64,000 nucleotides of DNA, from NCBI GenBank assembly GCA_965248575.1, contig CBDFJQ010000002.1, positions 2,944,001 to 3,008,000 of the forward strand. Reading direction: 5' to 3'. This DNA comes from Planctomycetota bacterium. Lineage in GTDB: Bacteria > Planctomycetota > B15-G4. This document shows, piece after piece, positions 56,832-64,000 of the stretch. A program made the translations under genes and the position numbers. The notes under the pieces were generated by a model that saw only the letters and a program-made list of their open reading frames with translations, was not told the origin of the DNA and made no database searches. How positions within the stretch are numbered: the stretch's first letter is position 1; every line of letters begins with the position of its first letter.

Positions 56832-58246
56832 CCCCGACCCGCCGCGAGCTGCTCAAGTCGGCAGCCGCTGCGGCGGCCCTGCCAGCCATGGCTGGCTTTC
56901 CGACGCTGGGGGCGGCGCCTCAGGAACAGGACGAGCGCGTCGACCCATCGCAGGCTGCGCCCAAGCGACCCAACATCCTGTTCGTGCTGGCGGACAGTCA
57001 CCGGGCCCAGTCCATGGGCTGCTACGGCGACAAGCAGATCATGACGCCGCAGTTCGACGCCTTCGCGAAGCAAGGCGTGCGCTTCACGAGCTCGGTGGCC
57101 AACACGCCCCTCTGCCGCCCCTACCGCGCCTCGCTCATGTCGGGCACCTGGGGCCATCGCAACGGCATGCTCACCAACACTTCCGAGCGTAACTTCGGGG
57201 TGCAGGGCCGCCGGCAGTGGACGCCGGGCGAGCTGTCGACCCTGGGTGAGAGCTTCCGCGAGGCCGGCTATCGCTGCGGCTATGTCGGCAAGTGGCACCT
57301 GGGCGCGGCCAACCTCGCCCCGGGCCCCCTGCGTTTCGGGTTCGACGACGGCTGGGCCGTGGGTGTCCAACCGGTGCACGAGTACACCCACTGGTCCTAC
57401 TTCACCGGCAAGGACGAACGGGTCTCCGGCGGCGGCCGCTTCCGCCCCGCCATGGAAGCGGACCTGGCCCTAGATTTCATCGACGAGAGCGCCGAGCAGG
57501 ACGACGAGCGGCCCTGGCTCTGCATGTTGTCCTGGGGCCCGCCCCACGACCCCTTCCTGCCGCCCAAGAAATACCGGCACTACAGTGGCATCAAGCTGCC
57601 CCCCAACATCCCCCTCGGGGGTGACGCCGAACGCATCGCCCGGGAAGAGCTGCCCCTCTACATGGGCCTGATCGAAGCCATCGACCACGAGTTCGGCCGG
57701 CTCATGACGCAGCTCCATAAACGCGGCCTCGACGACAACACCCTGGTCATCTACACCTCCGACCACGGCAACATGATGGGCGCCTTCAACTACCTCGGAA
57801 AGGAGATGCCGTACCACGAGTCCACGGGCGTGCCGCTGCTCATGCGCTGGCCCGGCCAGCTCGAGGCAGGCAGCACCTACGACACGCCCTTCGGTGCGCC
57901 GGACATCTTCCCCACGCTGCTGGGTATGAGCGGCATCGACATGCCGGACGGCATCGACGGCATGGATCTCTCGGGCGACATCCGTGGCCTGCCCGATGCG
58001 CCCAGCCAAGAGGCGGCCTATCTCGCGGTCTGGGATGCGCCCGTGACACCCTGGCCGGGGTGGCGAGGGGTGCGCACGAAGCGGCATCTGTTTGCGCGCA
58101 AGCAGGATAAGCCTTGGATGCTGTTCGACCTTGTTGACGACCCTTGGCAGCTGAACGACTTGCGGAAAGCGGATATTCCGTTGCGGCGGGAGTTGGACAA
58201 GATGACGGGGGAGATAATGGAGCGGCTTGGGGACAGCTGGGGGTAG
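56828..58246 (+). CDS. Tat-exported sulfatase
   Basis: TRRELL Tat signal; PNILF, CRPYRASLMSG (CxPxR), GKWHLG, PPHDP, SDHG. Confidence 0.93.
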   Translation: MTPTRRELLKSAAAAAALPAMAGFPTLGAAPQEQDERVDPSQAAPKRPNILFVLADSHRAQSMGCYGDKQIMTPQFDAFAKQGVRFTSSVANTPLCRPYRASLMSGTWGHRNGMLTNTSERNFGVQGRRQWTPGELSTLGESFREAGYRCGYVGKWHLGAANLAPGPLRFGFDDGWAVGVQPVHEYTHWSYFTGKDERVSGGGRFRPAMEADLALDFIDESAEQDDERPWLCMLSWGPPHDPFLPPKKYRHYSGIKLPPNIPLGGDAERIAREELPLYMGLIEAIDHEFGRLMTQLHKRGLDDNTLVIYTSDHGNMMGAFNYLGKEMPYHESTGVPLLMRWPGQLEAGSTYDTPFGAPDIFPTLLGMSGIDMPDGIDGMDLSGDIRGLPDAPSQEAAYLAVWDAPVTPWPGWRGVRTKRHLFARKQDKPWMLFDLVDDPWQLNDLRKADIPLRRELDKMTGEIMERLGDSWG

Positions 58247-58296
58247 GGGACGACTAGATCGTTCGCTCGGCGACGGCGGGTCGGTTGGCGCTCTGG

Positions 58297-58327
58297 GGGG
58301 CGTGGGGTGGTTCCCGCCCCACGCCCC
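58297..58327. repeat. GC-rich hairpin between convergent genes (possible terminator or REP)
   Basis: ggggcgtggggtgg-ttc-ccgccccacgcccc. Confidence 0.6.
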
Positions 58328-58539
58328 ACGCCCCCCGCCGCTCCAGTCGGGACGGGGGCCGGGGGCGAGGTGATCGGCGGCGGCTCAACCGTCACAAACA
58401 CCGGGTAGTCCATACGCGGGACCCACCGACTCGACTTCAAGGCGCCCCACGCGCGCCAACACCCAGAGTCTTGAGTGGTGAGGGCTCCCCACCACGGACG
58501 TCCCGACGGCCGCGCGCAACGCGCCGCGACTCGTGTCTC

Positions 58540-58637
58540 GGCGTGCTGTGGGGGAGCAACTTCTCCCACGTGAGTTCCGCAGCGAGGCGCAGCCTCGCGA
58601 GGATGTCTGAGCCTGGGAGAAGCTGCTCCCCCACAGC
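58540..58637. repeat. Intergenic palindromic element (REPIN/MITE-like), copy B
   Basis: 24-bp inverted arms 58545-58568/58614-58637 with one mismatch; central gcgaggcgcagcctcgc. Confidence 0.75.
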
Positions 58638-58666
58638 CACCACCAACTCAACGAGCCACGAAGCCT

Positions 58667-59356
58667 CTAACAGCGAGCCGCCACAGCGTCCAAGACCGGA
58701 GCCATCACCGCATCAGACGGCGCTTCGCCGTGCGGGAACTCCGCCAGGACCGGCGTCTCGATCACCGTGCCCAGCGCGCTGAGGTTCACGCGATCCGTAC
58801 CGGACACAGGTTTCTTGGGGCTGTTGAGCACGATGCCCAGAGGGTTCAGGCCGGCGGAGCAGAGCACCCGTTCGGTGAGCGCCGTGTGGTTGAGCGTGCC
58901 CAGACCTGTGCGCGCGACGACGAGCACGTCCAGCTCGAGACGGTCCGCCAGGTCGAGGTAGTTGACGCCTGGGGCCAGGGGCACCAGCACGCCGCCGGCG
59001 CCTTCGACGATGACGATGTCGTGGGCCTCGCTCAGCCGGCCGTAGGCGGACTCGATCACCGCCATGTCGATCTCGGCGCCTTCTTCGAGGGCTGCGATGG
59101 ACGGCGCGGCGGGCAGCCGGAACACATAGGGCAGCACGTCGCTCAGGGGCGCTTCGGTTTCGGAGGCGCGCATGAGGCGTTCGGCGTCGCTGCCCGGAGG
59201 TGCTTCCAGAGGACGTTGGCCACCGGCCATGCCCGTCTCGCAGGGTTTCATCACGCCGACCCGCTTGCCCGCGGCCTTCAACGCGCGGATCAGATGGCAG
59301 CTGACCCAGGTCTTGCCGACGCTGGTGTCCGTTCCCGTGATGAGCAGTCCGCTCAT
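58667..59356 (-). CDS. bioD: Dethiobiotin synthase
   Basis: TGTDTSVGKT, KPCETG, EGAGG, LGTLNHT. Confidence 0.95.
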   Translation of the reverse strand: MSGLLITGTDTSVGKTWVSCHLIRALKAAGKRVGVMKPCETGMAGGQRPLEAPPGSDAERLMRASETEAPLSDVLPYVFRLPAAPSIAALEEGAEIDMAVIESAYGRLSEAHDIVIVEGAGGVLVPLAPGVNYLDLADRLELDVLVVARTGLGTLNHTALTERVLCSAGLNPLGIVLNSPKKPVSGTDRVNLSALGTVIETPVLAEFPHGEAPSDAVMAPVLDAVAARC

Positions 59357-60798
59357 GAGGCTGTCTCCATGAAGCCGGTGAGGCACTCGTCCAAGGACTC
59401 GCGCAGCACCTGCACGATGCGCACGGCCTGCTCCTCGGTGGTGCAGAAGGGCGGCATGAGCACGACCGTGTCGCCCAACGGCCGGATGATCACGCCGTGA
59501 TCACGGGCGACAACGCAGACCTGGTGGCCCACGCGCATGGACGTGGGGAACCAGACGGGGGTCTCGCTGCCGACGCCGCGCGTGCCGCCACCGGTGGTGT
59601 CTTGGGGTGAGCCGGCGGGTGTGCCGCCGCTGCGGCTGGCCACGAGCTCCACGCCGAACATCGAGCCGTAGCCGCGCACCTCCAGCACGTTCGGATGCTC
59701 GGCGAGCTTCGACAACTCCCCGCTGAGGATCGCGGTGAGCTGTTGCACCCGCTCGAGGAAACCGTCGGCCGTGCACAGGCGCAGGCTGGCCAAGCCCGCA
59801 GCGCAGGCGAGGGCATTGCCCGTGAAAGTGTGGCCGTGGAAGAAGGTTCGGAATTCTTCGTAGCGCCCCCCGAAGCCGTCGAAGATGCGCTCGGTGGAGA
59901 GGGTCGCAGCCAGGGGCAGGTAGCCGCCCGAGAGGCCCTTCGCCAAGCACAGGATGTCGGGCGTGATGCTCTCCCGCTCGCAGGCGAAGAGGGTGTCGCT
60001 GCGCCCGAAGCCCGTGGCCACTTCGTCGACGACGATCAGGGCGCCGGCGGCTCGGCAGCGGTCCACCACCGCCTGTGTGAAGCCGTCGGGGTAGACGCGG
60101 ATGCCTGCGGCGCCTTGCACACCGGGCTCGATCACCAGCGCGGCGAACTGCTCGCCCTCGGCAGCTAGCACGGCGTCGAGCTCTGCAAGGCAGCGCTCGG
60201 CATCGTCGGCGCGGATGGCGGCCGTGGGCCCACGCGGCACGGACACCCGGCCCGTGTGGAAGAGCAACGGCTGGAACACCGAGTGGAAGAGATCGATGCC
60301 GCCCACCGACACCGAACCGATGGTGTCGCCGTGATAGGCGTCTTCGAGACACAGGAAACGCGTGCGCTGGGTGCTCTCACCCTCGGTCTGGCGCCAGAAC
60401 TGGAAGGCCATCTTGAGCGCCACTTCCACCGCTGTGGAACCGCTGTCGGAGTAGAACACTCGACTCAGCTCGCCGGGCGTCACCGCCAGCAACGCTTCGG
60501 CCAGCTCGATGGAGGGTTCGCCGCCCAGGCCGAGCAGCGTGCTGTGACCCACACGCCCCACTTGCTCGCGCACGGCTGCGTCGATCTCGGGCACGCGGTG
60601 CCCGTGCAGGGCGCACCACAGGGAGGACACGCCGTCGATGTAGCGCTTGCCGTCGGCGTCGATGAGCTCGCTGCCCTCCGCGGAACGGATGACCGGGAAC
60701 TCCTCGCTCATCCAGCCGCTCATCTGCGTAAAGGGGTGCCACAGGACACGGCGATCCGCCTCCCGCAGTTCCTCATTGCTGCGCTCGGTATCGGTCAT
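59353..60798 (-). CDS. bioA: Adenosylmethionine-8-amino-7-oxononanoate aminotransferase
   Basis: LWHPFTQM, SGSTAVEVALKMA, YHGDT, DEVATGFGR, AKGLSGG. Confidence 0.95.
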   Translation of the reverse strand: MTDTERSNEELREADRRVLWHPFTQMSGWMSEEFPVIRSAEGSELIDADGKRYIDGVSSLWCALHGHRVPEIDAAVREQVGRVGHSTLLGLGGEPSIELAEALLAVTPGELSRVFYSDSGSTAVEVALKMAFQFWRQTEGESTQRTRFLCLEDAYHGDTIGSVSVGGIDLFHSVFQPLLFHTGRVSVPRGPTAAIRADDAERCLAELDAVLAAEGEQFAALVIEPGVQGAAGIRVYPDGFTQAVVDRCRAAGALIVVDEVATGFGRSDTLFACERESITPDILCLAKGLSGGYLPLAATLSTERIFDGFGGRYEEFRTFFHGHTFTGNALACAAGLASLRLCTADGFLERVQQLTAILSGELSKLAEHPNVLEVRGYGSMFGVELVASRSGGTPAGSPQDTTGGGTRGVGSETPVWFPTSMRVGHQVCVVARDHGVIIRPLGDTVVLMPPFCTTEEQAVRIVQVLRESLDECLTGFMETAS

Positions 60799-62099
60799 GA
60801 GGGAATCTCCGACAGGGCCTGGGCCACGGCTGCCGCCACTTCGCGGCACTGCCGGGGTTCGTGCTCGGCGGTGACGGTGAGGCGCAGACGCGCCTGGCCT
60901 TCGGGCACGGTGGGCGGCCGCACGGCGGGCACGAAGTGGCCTCGGGACAAGAGCAGCTCGGCCACATCGACCGCCCGCCGGTCGTCGCCCAGGGGCACGG
61001 CCACGATGGGTGAATCGCCCTGCAAGATCGACACGCCCTGTTCGCTCAAGACCTCGCGCAGCAGCTGCGCGGTGCTCTGCAGGCGAGCGGCCCGCTCGGG
61101 CTCAGCGACGAAGACATCGAGGGCCTCCCGGGCCGCCGCCACCACGGTGGGCGGCAGGGCGCAGGTGAAGACGAAGGTGCGGCTGGTCTGGACCAGCAGC
61201 TCGCGCGTGGCCTCGTCGCACAGGGCAAAGCCGCCAAAGGAGCCGAGCGCCTTGCCGAGGTTACCCACCTGCACGGCGACACGATCGGCAACCCCCGCTG
61301 CGGCTGCGGCGCCCAGGCCCCGGGGGCCCACAGCCCCCAGTCCATGGGCGTCGTCCACCACCACATGGGCTCCGACCGCGTCGGCCAGGTCCACGATCTC
61401 GGCCAGCGGCGCGCGGTCACCATCCATGGAGTACACGCCTTCTGCCAAGACGAGGGTGCGCCCGAAGGAGCCCGCGTCTTCCAACGCCTCGCTCAGAGCA
61501 GCCAGATCGTTGTGCGGCAAGACTCGCACCGTCGCGCCGGACAATCGGCAGGCGTCCACGGTGCTCGCGTGCCCCAGGCAATCCGAGAGGATCAGGTCAC
61601 CGGGCCCCGCCAAGGCCGTGATCACCCCGACGTTGGCCAGGTAGCCCGACGAAAAGCTCAGGGCCGCGGGCCGCTCGAAGGCGTCGGCCAAGCTGCGCTC
61701 AAGGGACGCGATGGAGCCGTCATGCCCTGCCAGCAGGCGTGCGGAACCGCTGCTCGTGCCCTCGTTGCGAGCGGCCTGCGCCGCGGCCTGCGCCAAACGC
61801 GGATGGCGCGCCAGACCCAGGTAATCACAGGACGCGAAGGAGATGGCCTCGATGCCGTCCACGCGCACAGCGCAAGCGGAACCGGTGTGGGCGTCGGCAC
61901 GAGAGTTTGCGCTGGCATCGGTAGCGGCACCGATAGCCGCACCGACAGCGGAGCGCGGCCGAGCACTGGGCTCCACTTCCCTCAGCTGCCGACGGCGGCC
62001 TGCAGCATCGATGGCCGCCAAGGACTCTGCAAGCTGCGCCGAAAGTTGACGGCAGCTCGGGTCGACGGAGGCCTGGCGGCTGCTCTCAGGCGGTCCCAT
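60795..62099 (-). CDS. bioF: 8-amino-7-oxononanoate synthase
   Basis: DYLGL, SGYLAN, HAS, YSMDGD, DDAHG, LGKA, RPPTVP. Confidence 0.93.
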   Translation of the reverse strand: MGPPESSRQASVDPSCRQLSAQLAESLAAIDAAGRRRQLREVEPSARPRSAVGAAIGAATDASANSRADAHTGSACAVRVDGIEAISFASCDYLGLARHPRLAQAAAQAARNEGTSSGSARLLAGHDGSIASLERSLADAFERPAALSFSSGYLANVGVITALAGPGDLILSDCLGHASTVDACRLSGATVRVLPHNDLAALSEALEDAGSFGRTLVLAEGVYSMDGDRAPLAEIVDLADAVGAHVVVDDAHGLGAVGPRGLGAAAAAGVADRVAVQVGNLGKALGSFGGFALCDEATRELLVQTSRTFVFTCALPPTVVAAAREALDVFVAEPERAARLQSTAQLLREVLSEQGVSILQGDSPIVAVPLGDDRRAVDVAELLLSRGHFVPAVRPPTVPEGQARLRLTVTAEHEPRQCREVAAAVAQALSEIPS

Positions 62100-63144
62100 G
62101 CGCAACGCCTTCCGCCACCGAGCGGAGCGGTCGCGGCGAGTCGAAATCAGCACCCTGCGGCCGGGGCTCCATGCCCACCTGCCCGATGACCTCGTGGTCT
62201 TCCTTCGCGCTCATGCCGCCCGTGGTGAGGTAGTCGCCCACCATCGCAGCGCTGGCGCCGGCCAGGTACATCATCGGGGCTAGCTGCCCCAGCACCACCT
62301 CGCGCCCGCCGGCCACCATGATGTGGTGTCGCGGCAACATGAAGCGGAAGACGGCGATGCACTTGAGTGCTTCCATGGGCGCCATGGCCTCGAAGGCGTC
62401 GCCGGTGGGCGTGCCCTCGATGGGGTTCAGGAAGTTGAGCGGGACCATGTCGGGGTTCACTTCCCGCAACTCGGCGGCCAACTCGGCGCGCTGGCGCGAC
62501 GTCTCGCCCATGCCCAGGATGCCGCCGGAGCAGACGTTCATGCCGGCCTCGCGCACCAGCTCGATGGTGCGCAGGCGGTCGGACCGGGTGTGGGTCTCGA
62601 CCACTGTCTCGAAGTGGCTCTCGGCCGATTCGAGGTTGTGGTTGTAGGTCTGCAGGCCGGCCTCGCGCAGCTGGCGCGCCACTTCCGGATCGTCGATGAG
62701 ACCCAGCGACGCGTCGGCGTGCACCTTGCCGTCCTCGCTCACCTTGCGAATCAGGTTGGTGACCTTCTCCAGCTCCGGGCCCTGCTTCAGGCCGCGCCAG
62801 GCCGCCACGAGCCCCAGAGCCTCGGCTCCGTTCTCGTGCGCCTGCTGGGCCGCCTGCAAGGCCGCCTTCTCGTCCAGCAGCTCGTACTCTTCGATGCCCG
62901 TCTGGAAACGCACCGACTGGGCGCAGAAGCCGCAGTCCTCCGAGCAGCGCCCGCTCTTGGCGTTGACGATGCTGCACAGGTGCACTTCATTGCCGACGAA
63001 GTGGCGTCGGATGCGGTCCGCCGCCGCCAGCAAGTCCATGAAATCCTCGCGGCCCACGTCCTCCAGCAACTGCGCGGCCTCGTCGACCGTCACATCGCCG
63101 CCGGCCAGCACCTTGTCCTGCAGACTGCTGATGAGCTCACGCAT
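62086..63144 (-). CDS. bioB: Biotin synthase
   Basis: CSEDCGFC radical-SAM motif, YNHNLE, CSGGILGMGE, YLTT. Confidence 0.96.
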   Translation of the reverse strand: MRELISSLQDKVLAGGDVTVDEAAQLLEDVGREDFMDLLAAADRIRRHFVGNEVHLCSIVNAKSGRCSEDCGFCAQSVRFQTGIEEYELLDEKAALQAAQQAHENGAEALGLVAAWRGLKQGPELEKVTNLIRKVSEDGKVHADASLGLIDDPEVARQLREAGLQTYNHNLESAESHFETVVETHTRSDRLRTIELVREAGMNVCSGGILGMGETSRQRAELAAELREVNPDMVPLNFLNPIEGTPTGDAFEAMAPMEALKCIAVFRFMLPRHHIMVAGGREVVLGQLAPMMYLAGASAAMVGDYLTTGGMSAKEDHEVIGQVGMEPRPQGADFDSPRPLRSVAEGVAHGTA

Positions 63145-63173
63145 GCGTGTCGGACCTCTGGAACAAGCGGTGG

Positions 63174-64000
63174 TTAGCGGTAGGAGTCGAGCAGCGCCCC
63201 GAAGGCTGCCTCGTCCGGGCGCAGGTCCTTCTCGTCCATGAACGAGAGGGGCTTCTCGCCCAGGCCCAGCACTTCATCATGCGCCTTGCTGTCGGACTTG
63301 TAGTAGATGAGGCCGGTGTAGACGTGTTCCACGTCCTGGCGGTCCTTCTCCAGGATGCGGCGAGCCGCCTTGATGTCCGTGGGGTCGTGCTCGTCCGACA
63401 AGGCGTGCAGCTTGATGCTGCTGCCGTCGGGCATGCCCACGGCCACCGTCTCACCCTGGGGCTGGTCCACTTCCTCGGCCTCGTAAGGCGCGACGAAGCC
63501 CACCTCGTGCAGGCTGATGTTGTGGTCCTTCAACCATTTGAAGCCCTTGGTGCTGTCGGGCAGGTTGTTGAAGGTCACGCAGGGGCTGATGCAGTCGATG
63601 AGCGCCAAACCGTTGTGGTTCATGGCAGCGCGCACCAGGTTGACCATCTGCTTGCTGTCGCCGGAGAAGCTGCGCGCGACGAAGCTGCAACCCATCTCAA
63701 GAGCCAGGGTGCACAGGTCCATGTGCTCGAAGGGGTTCACCTCGCCACCCTTCTTGAGGCTGCCCTCTTCGGAGGTGGCGGAGAACTGACCCTTGGTCAG
63801 GCCGTACACGCCGTTGTTTTCGACGATGTAGACCATGTTCACGTTGCGGCGCACCGCGTGGCAGAACTGGCCCATGCCGATCGAGGCCGTGTCGCCATCG
63901 CCCGAGACACCGATGGTGGTCAGGTGCTTGTTGGCGGCGTTGGCGCCCGTGGCCACGGAGGGCATGCGCCCGTGCACCGAGTTGATGCTGAAGCCCTTGT
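63174..64000 (-). CDS. korB: 2-oxoacid:ferredoxin oxidoreductase beta subunit (5' end outside the window)
   Basis: HGR, GDGD TPP motif, NNGVYGLTKGQ, SPCVTFN. Confidence 0.9.
   Translation of the reverse strand, partial: KGFSINSVHGRMPSVATGANAANKHLTTIGVSGDGDTASIGMGQFCHAVRRNVNMVYIVENNGVYGLTKGQFSATSEEGSLKKGGEVNPFEHMDLCTLALEMGCSFVARSFSGDSKQMVNLVRAAMNHNGLALIDCISPCVTFNNLPDSTKGFKWLKDHNISLHEVGFVAPYEAEEVDQPQGETVAVGMPDGSSIKLHALSDEHDPTDIKAARRILEKDRQDVEHVYTGLIYYKSDSKAHDEVLGLGEKPLSFMDEKDLRPDEAAFGALLDSYR

Noticed and set aside
58060..58246. G/T-rich codon shift at the 3' end of the Tat sulfatase
   Set aside because: Protein remains normal sulfatase sequence; too short to support a recombination claim

Overview
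High-GC bacterial chromosome segment. A bL37-type ribosomal protein, a DUF1570-like protein, sulfatases and a CRTAC1/FG-GAP protein suggest Planctomycetota (inference). It is mostly dense housekeeping content: a sugar ABC transporter and an MFS transporter, S9 and M16 peptidases, add, speA, tRNA-Gly(GCC), thiD, purB, nadC, nadA, an acyl-CoA dehydrogenase, a ferredoxin, a YitJ-type HMT/MTHFR fusion, a SufT-like protein, proS, a probable cell-surface modification cluster, two sulfatase-family genes, a bioB-F-A-D operon and a partial korB. I found no CRISPR array, integrase or transposase. The most notable items are: (1) an accessory patch at about 36.7-40.0 kb with an archaeal-LonB-like membrane AAA+ module that has degenerate Walker motifs, no protease domain and a helical-repeat N-terminus, beside a frameshifted type I PKS ketosynthase remnant; (2) a structured nadA leader ending in a terminator-like hairpin (candidate novel cis-regulator); (3) two related inverted-repeat elements with a shared core but different arms; (4) a candidate structured ncRNA next to bL37; (5) a PDZ protein with a K-x-L repeat and a Cys heptad tail; (6) several apparent pseudoenzymes, frequent in-frame loop insertions and extended -10 leaderless promoters. 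All family calls come from motif recognition by eye, not from database searches.
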